A DNA stretch of 63,057 bases, the filler included, from Nemertoderma westbladi (lineage: Eukaryota > Animalia > Xenacoelomorpha), in NCBI GenBank assembly GCA_032718475.1. It is 3 parts of 3 records of this genome, joined end to end, with 100 filler letters (N's around TTAATTAATTAA, not from the genome) between each part and the next. Parts side by side here need not be neighbours in the genome. Positions count along the whole stretch, not along the records: positions 1 to 25,176 come from JAUCBJ010008543.1; 2 more parts are not named here. The stretch is one strand, 5' to 3'. The position numbers were made by a program, and so were the translations under genes. Of this stretch, positions 1 to 11,524 are shown piece after piece. A model generated the notes under the pieces. The model was not told where the DNA came from, made no database searches, and worked only from the letters and a program-made list of their open reading frames with translations. Positions within the stretch are counted from its first letter, which is position 1. Each line of letters starts with the position of its first letter.

Positions 1-1399
1 TATCAAACACACCTTTCACGTAGACAAAATCATCATCCTTACACGGCACTGAGTTAAAGATATGCTCATAACTACTCTTAAAAAGATCAGCTATTTCCGG
101 TTCGGAATTAGCACCACCAACATTATTGGAACGTTTAATTTTCGCGTTATTTCGCGATCGCACTGAACTCCAAAAATCGTTTTTACTATCAATAAAAGAC
201 TGAGCTAATTTGTCGTCTCTGATAGACTGCACAGACCGACGACAATTACGCAGGGCCAATTTGAACTGCGCGGTTGCACGCCGTTTCACGTCCCAAATAA
301 AACCGAATCTCGGTCGCCCCTGCTCACACCATATATGAAAGGCCTCCTGCGCCGCTTCATATTTTTCTTTAACAAACTCGTTCCAACCGGGAACAGCATT
401 AGTAGTCCTACTGTTATAACTACACTTAGAAGTAGGGATATACTTATCTACACTAGATTTAATAGCACCAATAACTTGGTCGTAAGATATTTTAAGACTG
501 CTTAAATGTTCAGGGTTACTACAGTGAACATCACAGCAAGTAACAGAGTCCGGTAAATTAAACATAGATAAGCACTCATCTAAACCATTATGGTAAGCAT
601 CGATTACAGTACTATCTACCTTCTTCCAATCGGAACGTGGAGAAGCTGGTTCTACGTGTACGTGCCTGGGAGATGAATCTACAGAGACATCGCACACAAA
701 GGATAACGGGAGATGATCATCAACAGAAACATCTGTAACTACTTTAAGACCAGAAATCTTGCCATGGAAACTTGGCGTAGAAACTACATGATCTAACCAA
801 GACACCGTACCGTAAATATGACTTATATACATAAACGTTTCCCTTGGTAATAAAATAACATCTGATACTAGCAACGAAGAAAAATTACAGAAATTCTGTA
901 ATTCGGTTCCAAAATTCCGACCGGGCATAGCATTAAAATCGCCAATAACTGCACAAAGATTACCGGGGTGGTCATTAATACTTGTAAAGCACACTGATAA
1001 TAATTCCAAAAATAATTCGAAATTATCCGAATTATCGCACGGAAAATAGGCATTAATTAAAAACATCGTGGATCCATCCGAGCACTCTACAGTAACACCT
1101 AATAAACGATTGTTATTCAAATTAATTATTTTAACTTTATTATTCAACGACTTATGCCAGAGGATGGCTAGCCCCCCGTGAGGCCTGCCAACACGAGGAC
1201 CATCACTTAGATCTACACTTGCCACCCCACTACCAAAATAGTCGCCTTCAATGCTGTTTAAAGAATGCAGGTCCTGCTTGTATTGCCACGTTTCCTGGAG
1301 AAACAGTATATCGTGATTTTTACATAGCGACCTAACATGGTCCATATGGGAGGTAAGACCTCCACAGTTATACGAACATATCCGCAAATTATGACTCAT
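1..1399 (-). CDS. LINE ORF2 (APE endonuclease and linker), runs off the left window edge
   Basis: Manual translation from the ATG at 1399 gives MSHNLRICSYNCGGL...FLQETW...GRPHGGLAILW...NAYFP...IGDFNA. The linker VPGWNEFVK...W...GRPRFG near 385 is in the same frame. It is absent from the ORF track, presumably because there is no stop before the edge. Confidence 0.9.
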   Translation of the reverse strand, partial: MSHNLRICSYNCGGLTSHMDHVRSLCKNHDILFLQETWQYKQDLHSLNSIEGDYFGSGVASVDLSDGPRVGRPHGGLAILWHKSLNNKVKIINLNNNRLLGVTVECSDGSTMFLINAYFPCDNSDNFELFLELLSVCFTSINDHPGNLCAVIGDFNAMPGRNFGTELQNFCNFSSLLVSDVILLPRETFMYISHIYGTVSWLDHVVSTPSFHGKISGLKVVTDVSVDDHLPLSFVCDVSVDSSPRHVHVEPASPRSDWKKVDSTVIDAYHNGLDECLSMFNLPDSVTCCDVHCSNPEHLSSLKISYDQVIGAIKSSVDKYIPTSKCSYNSRTTNAVPGWNEFVKEKYEAAQEAFHIWCEQGRPRFGFIWDVKRRATAQFKLALRNCRRSVQSIRDDKLAQSFIDSKNDFWSSVRSRNNAKIKRSNNVGGANSEPEIADLFKSSYEHIFNSVPCKDDDFVYVKGVFD

Positions 1400-1550
1400 T
1401 ATCTATACTAAAAGATTACTTTTTAACTAATTAAAACTGTTACTAAAAATAACAATGGGTACTGAAGCAAATTGGGTTACTTAGAAATTAAGTTGGATTA
1501 TTTGATTAGAGTCTAGTATAATAGTCTCTAACGCTACTCCCATCCAGCAC

Positions 1551-3200
1551 TTAAACCCGAGACCCATCCATAGGGACCCAGTGCCTCTTCACAAGAATCC
1601 CCTGCGGCCAGGATCTAGTGTCAATAAGTTTTTCATACACATCCTTACTCCGAGTTATTATAATAAACGAGCTATAGGTCTGGTGTAGTTGTTTCGGGTT
1701 AGCAACCACCGAACCAACAGACAAATTATGCTGCGAGTTAATAAACTCCTCGACAACCGCTGCTGTTGTTTCGGGGGTGAAACGAGAAACAAAGATACGC
1801 AACTCTTGCGGCTCACGGGCAGCCGCAACTAGGCCAGGAAACTCAAAAGTACCGGTTCCAATCGGCGCCGGACGTTTCTTCCGCCTGTCGGCAGTGAAAC
1901 CACCGGGGAACGCAGCACGGGTACCAGAAGCAGGAGGAACAGGACCGTCCGATGTAGCAGGTTGCTTGGAGGGACCTCCATTGACACCGCCGCCACCCCG
2001 GCGTCGTCCTCGTAGACCACGTAGTTTAGCAGATCGAGGACGTCGACTTGCTTCTTCACTGTCGGAAGCAGCCTGATCAGAAGTCAAATCAACCAGCGGA
2101 TCAAACCGATTGTGAACTGCTGGCTGGGGACTGGGGAAGTAGGTAGGCATGGGACGCCTTGGGGGGTGGCCAGGATGGCCACGAACTGCACTCGCATATG
2201 AGTTGAGCTGGATTTGATTAGAGACCCGAGCCCGATGGAAGTTGCCACTGGATACAGCTGTGGCTCCCTCCAGTCCGGTGTTCGCACCATGTTCGGAATA
2301 ATCGGGATCCAGATCTGCCCCGGAGGCGGAGACAAGGTCTGTAACTTCCTCCTCTTCATTACGGGTATAGTCGACGGGGCGAGGAAACTCCCTCCGGCAC
2401 AGATTATTCGAAGAAACTCGATCAGAGACCCTCACGGAAACCAGATTAGCGACAATAGGACTGACCAATTCCGGCAGATCATCCTTCTTACAGTACGATT
2501 CCTTGAGCAGGATGTCATGGCGTTCAATTGAGAGTTTCATTTCTAGGAGGGAATCACGAAGATCTCTAAAGTCCTCGCCGCGTACAGCCAAGTTCACAGA
2601 CTGTTTATCCGTCGGCGGTAAACGCGCCGGATTTAGCGCGTAGAAGCATGGACAATTCTCTGAGTCTACAAAACAACTCTCGTTGAATAAATTATACATG
2701 TCAAGGACATGATTTCTCTTCGCTTTATTGCCGATACGACCAACCCAGGAAGGCAACGGGCGATCAGGAACAGCACACTTAACTGCCTCAGCGAAGAGCA
2801 ATTTCTTCGCTAAAACAATATCATCCAGCGAGTAAAAGTTCGCGATCGCAGCAGACAACTGAATTTTGTCTAGCGTGGAAATTCCAAACTGCAGAAAACA
2901 AAGCAGTTCCGAGTGAACGAGCCGACAGTCTGCTCCATGATCATCTAGGATCGGTGCCTCCTCCACCAGCCCCCGATCCTCAGTTTGAGAGATGGTAATC
3001 GAATCACTATCATTACCGTCCTCCTCCACCGTAAACACGTCAGTCACCCTTGGAGTCATACTGTCACAACGCTTCAAGCAACAGCTTTCACATAAAAGCC
3101 TATTATCCAACAATTTAAAGATCACAGATGGTTTACCGTTTACAGCACTAATTGGCAGCTCCACGGTCAGGCAATCTGCACACTTCTTTAGTGATGTCAT
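1551..3200 (-). CDS. LINE ORF1 (N-terminal Cys-rich finger, C-terminal RRM-like domain), CR1/L2 group
   Basis: 549-aa ORF with CxxC...CxxC, SELLCFLQ and a C-terminal IFVSRF...YSSF...WPQGILVK motif, directly upstream of ORF2. Confidence 0.85.
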   Translation of the reverse strand: MTSLKKCADCLTVELPISAVNGKPSVIFKLLDNRLLCESCCLKRCDSMTPRVTDVFTVEEDGNDSDSITISQTEDRGLVEEAPILDDHGADCRLVHSELLCFLQFGISTLDKIQLSAAIANFYSLDDIVLAKKLLFAEAVKCAVPDRPLPSWVGRIGNKAKRNHVLDMYNLFNESCFVDSENCPCFYALNPARLPPTDKQSVNLAVRGEDFRDLRDSLLEMKLSIERHDILLKESYCKKDDLPELVSPIVANLVSVRVSDRVSSNNLCRREFPRPVDYTRNEEEEVTDLVSASGADLDPDYSEHGANTGLEGATAVSSGNFHRARVSNQIQLNSYASAVRGHPGHPPRRPMPTYFPSPQPAVHNRFDPLVDLTSDQAASDSEEASRRPRSAKLRGLRGRRRGGGGVNGGPSKQPATSDGPVPPASGTRAAFPGGFTADRRKKRPAPIGTGTFEFPGLVAAAREPQELRIFVSRFTPETTAAVVEEFINSQHNLSVGSVVANPKQLHQTYSSFIIITRSKDVYEKLIDTRSWPQGILVKRHWVPMDGSRV

Positions 3201-3295
3201 TCCGGTCAGTGTACAGCAGTACAGCAGTATAACGCTAGGATTTAGCTAGGCTTCAGCTGTACAAAGTTAGCACCTTATAATGAAGGCAGTGTTAT

Positions 3296-3836
3296 GATAA
3301 TGAAGGCAGTGTTCCTGCTGGAGAACTCTGGACTACTCGATTGATTCATATTCGAGGACTAGCCGGTTCTATGCACGTCTTCACTCACGCTTGCTCTGAT
3401 GCAATCGACTACTCTTTCGAAACCCTCACTGAGATCCAAAAGAGACTCTGGCATGGACAATTTGAACTCGCACAGCGTTATGTCTTTGACACAGAATGGA
3501 AACCAGCTATGGGAATAGATGGATCTATGCTTCCTCAACCCTTGCTCGAGATGTTATTCGATGAAAGAATTATTAAGCTTAGTGCCTCGATCTATGGAGA
3601 TCTTCGGAACGATTTTAGAAATAGTGAAAATATTCCATATCCATTTGTCGATACACAGTTGATAGCACCTTGGGCGGAAGGTTGATGATTTTTCCGAACC
3701 ATGTATGCTACTACACCGAGCAGGATCAATAAAGTCCAACGTACTTCCATCGGACATTTAGCATTCCAAGAATGTGGATGTAATTTTAAAGTGGGAAATC
3801 CACTTAATTATCAACAGGTGGGAGGTGTATTCTACA
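3296..3836 (+). pseudogene. DEDDy (WRN/EXD/RNase D-like) 3'-5' exonuclease, 5' part, disrupted
   Basis: ExoI-like VFDTEWKP, then LPQPLLEMLFDERIIK...DL, FVDTQLIA, SIGHLA and QQ. ORFs 3341 and 3701 share one frame, separated by TGA TGA. Confidence 0.65.
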
Positions 3837-4384
3837 GACTAAGACGCATTTTCCCATTAAATATACTCCGAATAATTTTTCTTAGATTAGTTTATCCGTA
3901 CTTATGCTACGGGATCATTGTGTGGGGAAGTACGTATAAGTCGATTTTAAACCCATTGAGAATTAAAATAAATAAGATAGTTCGTTGTATAACGTTCAGC
4001 CATTGGCAAAGTTCATCAACACCTATATATCAAAAACTTAACATCCTACCTCTTGATTCCTTGTATAGATATAACATATGTGGGTTAATGTACGATATTA
4101 GTAAAAACTCAAAGCACCCATTATCTCATCTTTTCTTTAAATCTACCGCGGCCCATGACTACAATACTCGTACAGCATCTAGGGGCAATTTTAACTTGCC
4201 CAGCGTGCGTTTGGAAGTCGCTAAAAGGTCCGCAAAATTTCAAGGGCCACTAGAATGGAATAAACTTGAGGACTCTTTAAGAGTTTAAGAGCTACAGCTA
4301 GTCCTTTAAAATCAGTTTCCCTTAAGAGGCTAAGAAAATTGCTGTTGTAAAAGTTATAAAAAAAAAAACTAAAATTAAGTAACA
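3837..4384 (+). mobile_element. 5'-truncated CR1/L2-like LINE (RT C-terminal region and 3' UTR, probably continuing after 15293)
   Basis: LVYPYLCYGIIVWGST...KIVRCIT...LNIL...HDYNTR...GPLEWN, typical of the C-terminus of CR1/L2/Crack ORF2. Confidence 0.8.
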
Positions 4385-5099
4385 CATGGAATACTAAATA
4401 TACACGGAACCGCATTAGTGTTATTTTTTCGGCCCCGAAATTTTTTTCAATAAAATGGTAGTATATGCCATAGAAACCTCAGAAAAAAAATTTAAGCAAA
4501 TTTGACCGGAGCGTTTCCATGGAAACCGGGCAAACATAAAATTTCTAGGTTTTGCCATGAATTAATTATTTTTTCCATCTACTACCCTATTTATTTTTAT
4601 CCTATTTATTTTTCTTTCTAGCACAGGTAACTATAGCAACGAGGTAAAATCTATTAATATATATATATATATAAAATATATTTAAATAAACACTGCTGTG
4701 GAAGCTAATTTTGACACTTTTATTAGTTTTATATATTACTCCCCCCCCCCCCCCCCCCCCCTATTGATACAATTTAATATCAATTCAATTTATAATTAAA
4801 TATAATATTGTGGTGTACTGTAGTGATTGTGGCACTACATTGTGTCGAAAACAGTAATTTATTCTATCCTACTTTATATAATGTAATATATACAGTATGT
4901 ATAGGGAGGCTATGTAATTGATTCTTTATGCAGTATAATAATAATAAACCATTAATAGAAACGGCGTTTCCGCCGGCTTTAGGCCTCTTCAGCAGTACTG
5001 CCAAGTACTGGACACCCCATTTCCAAAGATGTATAGCTGTTACTAGTAGTGGTGATTGTCAAGATACGAGTGGCGATTCTCCTATTATTCTGATTGCTG

Positions 5100-5455
5100 G
5101 CAGAGTCTCCAGGTGGCAGTGGTTGTAGAATCATCAGACAGGGTGGCAGTGGTAGTAAAGATGACAGCCAGGGTGGCAACGTGGCAGTGGTAGTAGAAAC
5201 AACAGCCATGATGGCAACGTGGTAGGTAGTGGAAACAACAGCCAGGGTGGCAATGGATGTAGAGTCAACAGTCAGGGTGGCAGTGGTAGTAAAGATGACA
5301 GCCAGGGTGGCAACGTGGCAGTGGTAGTAGAAACAACAGCCAAGATGGCAACGTGGTAGGTAGTGGAAACAACAGCCAGGGTGGCAATGGATGTAGAGTC
5401 AACAGTCAGGGTGGCAGTGGTAGTAGAAGCAACTACCAGGGTGGCAGTGATAGTA
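5100..5455. repeat. Degenerate minisatellite (CAGGGTGGCA-based subunits in a duplicated ~135-bp block)
   Basis: Repeated cagggtggca(g/a)tggtagtag motifs. Confidence 0.8.
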
Positions 5456-7243
5456 ACATGGCACTGACTTTACAATTATTCCATTTCCCCCACTTAGACC
5501 TCTTACCATAATATCCAGCAGGGTCTTTGGTGATTCAATAATACCTCCTGCACTAAATATTGATTCTCTCTGTAAGTAAATTTCATCCGCGTATATTACA
5601 ACATTATGATCCATACCAATGCTCTTTAGAAGTGTATAAACTTTTACATCACCTCTTGTCAACTTTTCAAAGAATGAAATGCTGGGTAGGTTCGGCATCA
5701 GCTTCAAGAGCTCTTTATATCCATTCCTGCTCTTATAACGTAGAATAAGACACTTTCTAATGATATTCTTGGGGTATATTCCAATCTTTTTATAATTGCG
5801 GTACTCGTCTAGAAATTCCATGAAATCTGAGTCAAAATTAGGCAATGAATGAAACTTGACCTCATTCATTAGCCTAAGCAAAACGCTTTTCTTCTGAACT
5901 TTATTATACACACTTTTGTTACGTGGTAAATAGCTAAAATTAACGAGGGGTATTTTAGAGGTATTTTGAGAAACAATAAAGTACGTCGTTGAGATCTTAA
6001 GTAAGTAATTCAGTTTTAGATTTTCTGGGGAAATTTCATAAATCATAATTCCATCTTCACTTTCAACATCACACTTACACGCATGTACCTCTCTATTCTT
6101 AAAAACATCCTCGTCTTCAATCCCTTGCTTTATATTTCCCAACTCCCACTCTAATTTGTCTTCTTCAACTAATTTTCTATTTTCGAGTAGGTTGTATAGT
6201 GTGGGATCAACTTTTCGTTTAGTTGGTGACTTTCGTAGTGGAGATGTCAATGGCACAGCCAATGTAAATATTGATGGAATTGATTCCTTTTTGAGATTGG
6301 AACTTCGAAACTGCAAATTTCTGTTCATCATAAAATCCTTCGGCTCAAAGTGAACTTTACAAATTCGATCTTTATCGTAATCGAATTCTCGACCTAACAA
6401 AAATATTAATCTAAAATAATTTATACGGCTAGTGTTCCGCCCGTGCCAGTATTTATATTTCACATTGCAATGTAAACTAATTACTACTGAATACAAAAAC
6501 TCGAATCAATAATCAATTAATTTTTTACGAGCTAGTATCTTTTGAAACTATAAAAATGTTGAAATATTTGGCAATAAATTGTTAAAAGTTGAAATCTGAT
6601 TTTTTTTTTTAAATTACTAGCTAATTTAAAATTAAAAAATAACTATAGCTATATGTTCTAGATCATTTTATTTTTTATTTTATTCTGGAATAGTTAAATA
6701 ACTTTTATATGGTGTTCTATAACTAATATTGAAGCCATAGTAACAATGATTAAGGAACATACGCATACGCACGGATAGCCGTTTTTTTTAACTAGCTAGT
6801 ATTTTTTGAAATTATAAAAAAATGTGAAAACATTGATTCTAGAATGTTTTCCAATATTAAAAAAACACTAAATAAAATATTATTTTTTTTATTTTAAAAA
6901 ATACTAGCTAGTGAAAAAAATACTACTAGATGTCAGAAAAAATGTCTACTAAGGTTCTAGAACAATCACCAATGTTCTAGAACATAATAAAATGCAATAA
7001 AACCAAATAAAAAGAAATACAAATTTTATAAATTTGCTGTACCATGGCTATACACATACTATAGTAGTACCAAATAGATAACATGTCGTAGAACATTTCA
7101 TGCATGATTATAATAATAAAATCCTTACCTGGCGTATTCAGCCCCTGACGAATCGCTTGTTTCCATTCATTGCAAACAGCAACATCAATAGGAAACCGGT
7201 GCAAATGGTCTTTTGACTTGCAAACTAAACAAGTACGTGGCAT
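5399..7243 (-). pseudogene. Spliced THAP-domain P-element transposase, truncated
   Basis: Exon 1 (7243-7129, MPRTCLVC...HRFP...W, GTAAGG donor) joins exon 2 from 6393 (TTAG acceptor) in frame: GREFDYDKDRICKVHF...IPSIF. Then LRYKSRNGY..L...LPS and the first catalytic Asp (YADEI); similarity ends near 5460. Confidence 0.85.
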
Positions 7244-7359
7244 GATGTAGATAGTTCACTATGTGTAGCCAGTGAAGTAGTGTAGGCCCTACTGTGTAGG
7301 GACTAAAGGTTACTGGTACTAGTGATGTACTGGTTAATTGTAATCGAAAAATTATCGGT

Positions 7360-7814
7360 TAATACCCAATTGACAAAGGTAATTGGTTTTGCAGCGACAT
7401 CCTATGTGACTATTTTCCCTTCCTTGGAGGGGTGTGTGTGTATTAGCATTTGCTCGGCAGGAATAACCAGACTCGTATATCAACCTGGACCAGAGCCATT
7501 TCCCCTCCCTTGGAGGTTGTGTATCAGCATATGGTCTATAGGAACAACCAGGTTTGTAAATCACTCTGGGCAGCAAAGCTCAAAGCCAGAATATCGTTGC
7601 TAAGGCAACGTCCTATCAGAGCTTCAAGGTGCAGGTAGGTTACTAGCAGTGTAAGTAATGGAGCTGACTGCTCACCGTATATTGACAAATATTGGGTTGA
7701 CTGAAACGTTCATTCCAACATTGCATAATACTACAAATATTATACTGACTTATTGTTTGTTAATATTTTTACCAAGGGAGAAATATTTGGATAGCATTCT
7801 AAAAAATTTTTTTT
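7360..7814 (+). repeat. Split direct repeat A1 (matches A2 at 14227-~14681)
   Basis: Direct comparison; the ORF-track translations of 7450-7638 and 14317-14505 are identical. Confidence 0.95.
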
Positions 7815-8134
7815 CATTATATTATACTTTGGTGTACATAAGCTTCTGTACTTTCATCTTTAACTTAATTACATAATTATTCTTATTTGCGAAGTCTTTC
7901 GGTTTGTTTTTTTTTTCTCTCCTTACGAGTTACTAGGAGTTTTTAGTCGCGAATATAAAATACATTGTTCTTGTATATAACATACTGTATGGTATATATG
8001 TATTCATACATATACCGAAACTCATGTTAATATGGTAATAATAATGCAATTATTTTGGCAACGGCTTTACTGCTGTTATATCTGTAAAATTACGCATCTA
8101 TCTGTTTATCCGAATCCCTTAAGGCAGTAAGGGG

Positions 8135-9160
8135 GAGACAGCCTATGGGCTTAGGCGGATGTCCAGATCCCTTTACGGGAGGACAGCCTAATATACAGGC
8201 GGAAGTCCGGATCCCTTTACGGGAGGACAGCCTAATATTTACAGGTGGGTGTCCGGATCCCTTTACGGGAGGACAGCCTAATATCTACAGGCGGATGTCC
8301 GGATCCCTTCACGGGAGGACAGCCTAATATCTACAGGCGGATGTCCGGATCCCTTTACGGGAGGACAGCCTAATATACAGGCGGATGTCCGGATCCCTTC
8401 ACGGGAGGACAGCCTAATATACAGGCGGATGTCCGGATCCCTTCACGGGAGGACAGCCTAATATCTACAGGTGGGTGTCCGGATCCCTTTACGGGAGGAC
8501 AGCCTAATATCTACAGGCGGATGTCCGGATCCCTTCACGGGAGGACAGCCTAATATCTACAGGCGGATGTCCGGATCCCTTTACGGGAGGACAGCCTAAT
8601 ATACAGGCGGATGTCCGGATCCCTTCACGGGAGGACAGCCTAATATACAGGCGGATGTCCGGATCCCTTCACGGGAGGACAGCCTAATATCTACAGGCGG
8701 ATGTCCGGATCCCTTTACGGGAGGACAGCCTAATATATAGGCGGATGTCCGGATCCCTTCACGGGAGGACAGCCTAATATCTACAGGCGGATGTCCGGAT
8801 CCCTTTACAGGAGGACAGCCTAATATACAGGCGGATGTCCGGATCCCTTCACGGGAGGACAGCCTAATATCTACAGGCGGATGTCCGGATCCCTTTACGG
8901 GAGGACAGCCCAATATACAGGCGGATTTCCGGATCCCTTTACGGGAGGACAGCCTAATATCTATAGGCGGATGTCCGGATCCCTTCACGGGAGGACAGCC
9001 TAATATCTATAGGTGGATTTTGTCCAGATCCCTTTACGGGAGGAGAGCTTAATATCTATAGGTGGATGTCCGGATCCTTTCATGGGAGGACAGCTTTCAG
9101 GCTGATGTCCGGATCCCTTTATGGGAGGACAGACTACAGGCGGATTTCCGGATCCCTTTA
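8135..9160. repeat. Tandem array of ~22 units of 44/46 bp, each a potential bulged hairpin
   Basis: Unit AGGCGGATGTCCGGATCCCTTYACGGGAGGACAGCCTAATA(TC)TAC; period measured at 8290, 8336 and 8380. Confidence 0.95.
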
Positions 9161-9369
9161 TTCAATGAGAGCCTATTATATAACATGCTCTTAATACAAG
9201 GGCAGCATGTTGTCAGAAGCTAGGTATTATATCTATTTATTTCTTTTTTTTCCCCTTTCTTATGGATCATAATGTTATGCTGACTCGTTGGTTAGATATA
9301 ACTAGCTGAGTACGGTATAATCGCTATAATTTATTCATCAACGAACAGTATAACTGCAGAATAAAGCAC

Positions 9370-11289
9370 ATGACACCGTTCTTTGCTCTCAGCAAATACT
9401 TTGAGATAAACACAGATATCCCAATCAGAGCTCCGATCATGACAACCTTAGACACAGCACAAAGGTTATATCCTTATGATCATGCAAGAACATGTGGTGA
9501 ATTCTTAACCCTCTCAACACCGTCAACATTACCCGCAGCTACATTGCAGGAATTCCTAGATTTACCGATTCATTCAGTAGAATATATGATAAACAAAGAA
9601 CCAACAACCCCGATTCACATAGAAAATTTAAGGAAGGATTTGCAATATTACCCTGACCAACAACTTGTGGCAGAATTGCTCACACAGTTAACCAATGGTG
9701 TCAACACAGGTTACAATGGTCCCAGAGATAAATTTATATTCCGTGAAAATAATAAGTCCGCACTTGATAATGCTCTACAAGTAGACGAGTTACTGACCAA
9801 AGAAATTAAATCTGGCTTCATCGAAGGCCCCTTCATCAATGTACCCAAGATAACAACATCATCTTCCCTTATTGTTGTAAACCCACTAACATTGAGTGCC
9901 ATCAAAAACAAAAAGCCAAGGCTCTGTGTTGACTGCTCACACAATCTCAAAGGGACATTAAATAGCTTTATTTCTGATGAAGATTCCACTGTGACATATA
10001 CAACGATAGATGATATCGTGGATAGTGTCATGTTCTGTGGAAATCATGCTCTAATTGGAAAATTAGATGTCAAAGATGCTTTCAAAATCATCCCAATCTC
10101 AAAGAAGGATTGGTGTCTCCTAGGAATTAAATGGCGAAATATGTTTTTTGTATGCATCAGATTAGTATTCGGATTAAGATCAGCAAGTCGCATATTTCAA
10201 AATTATAGTACTCTAATAAAAGACACAATTATTAACAAATTATCAATCCTTCCATGTCCTCCTAGCCAAAATCTCGAACTCGAAATAGACACAACAACAA
10301 TGTTATCAGATATCACTAAGATTGATCACTTATTAGATGACTTTATTATAACAACTGTTAATATTCCAGAATTGGCCACATACACTTTCAATTTGATAAT
10401 TGACATTTTCAAACACTATCACATTCCTCTAAATACCCAGAAAACTTTCCCCCCTGAACACCGGCAGACAGTATTCGGGATTGGAATAAACACCATTTCA
10501 ATGAAGTTCTTTGTGCCAAATGACAAGCAAGGTACAGCCCTAGCAGAAATTCACCGATTTCAAAACATGGCATCAGGAACTATGATAAATAAACGTGAGC
10601 TTCAGAGCCTTATTGGGCTACTATCATTCATCTCTAAAGCAGTATGTGCTAGTCGCACATTTCTTCGTCGCCTCATTAATGCAATATCAGTGTCCAAGCA
10701 TCAAAAGATGATATGCATTCCAGGTAAGTTGCACCTCGACCTGGAATATTGGATATTTGCATTACACACATTACATAACTATCAAGCACCTTTACAAAAC
10801 CCAACCATGCTGACTCCTAGCCAACACACCCTGTCAACAGATGCATCTGGGTTTGGTTTGGGAGGTATTTGTAATGAAGACTGGTTCTCAGTACGGCTAC
10901 CAGAACAGATGACTAACAATCAATTATCAATAGCAGCAAAAGAGTCAGCGGCTATACTACTCGCAGTTAAAGTATATGGGCGATCTTTTGGTGGTTCAAG
11001 GCTACTAATTTATAGTGACAGTGAGACCAGCATACATGCATTTGCAAAGGGAACTTCCAATAAGCCAGTGCAGATGACACTGATTCGCCTACTTCTCCAC
11101 ACTTGCACAGAATACGGAATAATGGTATTCTGCCAGCACATCCCAGGACATGACAACATTGGTCCAGATCTCTTGAGCCGTCTCAGGATCAGCAAATTCA
11201 AAGCTTTGTTTCCAAAAATGAATGGAGACCCAACTCCTGTTCTTGACCAATGGTCCGAAATCAAACAAGCCATTTTCAATCCAGTATAA
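9370..11289 (+). CDS. Reverse transcriptase / RNase H of the YR retrotransposon (no methyltransferase)
   Basis: KPRLCVDCS, KLDVKDAF, LVFGLRSA, HLLDDF; RNase H motifs TDASGFG, AAKE, YSDS, HIPGHDNIGPDLLSR. Confidence 0.95.
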   Translation: MTPFFALSKYFEINTDIPIRAPIMTTLDTAQRLYPYDHARTCGEFLTLSTPSTLPAATLQEFLDLPIHSVEYMINKEPTTPIHIENLRKDLQYYPDQQLVAELLTQLTNGVNTGYNGPRDKFIFRENNKSALDNALQVDELLTKEIKSGFIEGPFINVPKITTSSSLIVVNPLTLSAIKNKKPRLCVDCSHNLKGTLNSFISDEDSTVTYTTIDDIVDSVMFCGNHALIGKLDVKDAFKIIPISKKDWCLLGIKWRNMFFVCIRLVFGLRSASRIFQNYSTLIKDTIINKLSILPCPPSQNLELEIDTTTMLSDITKIDHLLDDFIITTVNIPELATYTFNLIIDIFKHYHIPLNTQKTFPPEHRQTVFGIGINTISMKFFVPNDKQGTALAEIHRFQNMASGTMINKRELQSLIGLLSFISKAVCASRTFLRRLINAISVSKHQKMICIPGKLHLDLEYWIFALHTLHNYQAPLQNPTMLTPSQHTLSTDASGFGLGGICNEDWFSVRLPEQMTNNQLSIAAKESAAILLAVKVYGRSFGGSRLLIYSDSETSIHAFAKGTSNKPVQMTLIRLLLHTCTEYGIMVFCQHIPGHDNIGPDLLSRLRISKFKALFPKMNGDPTPVLDQWSEIKQAIFNPV

Positions 11290-11524
11290 AAATAACATAG
11301 ACAATGCTACAATGTCCACAAGTAAGACAATGTATTTTATTTATTTTATATAAATATTTTTTTTTCATACTTTATACCAAATGAAAACTATAGCTATCCC
11401 AAGGTGATCATCGTTTCACAGTCAACAATATATCTTAACATTTAGCGGTATCATGGTTCATGGTAAAATATCATGCATAGATAAGTAAATTTGTTTTCAA
11501 TAAGTATATAAAATCTACAACATC

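Larger units (their letters stand above)
1..3290 (-). mobile_element. 5' portion of an apparently intact CR1/L2-group non-LTR retrotransposon
   Basis: ORF1 and ORF2 in tandem. A 17-bp duplication ATAATGAAGGCAGTGTT (3277-3293/3297-3313) lies near the presumed 5' junction. Confidence 0.8.

Noticed and set aside
8135-9160. CRISPR-like array of palindromic repeats
   Set aside because: No unique spacers, no cas genes, eukaryotic context; it is a pure tandem repeat.
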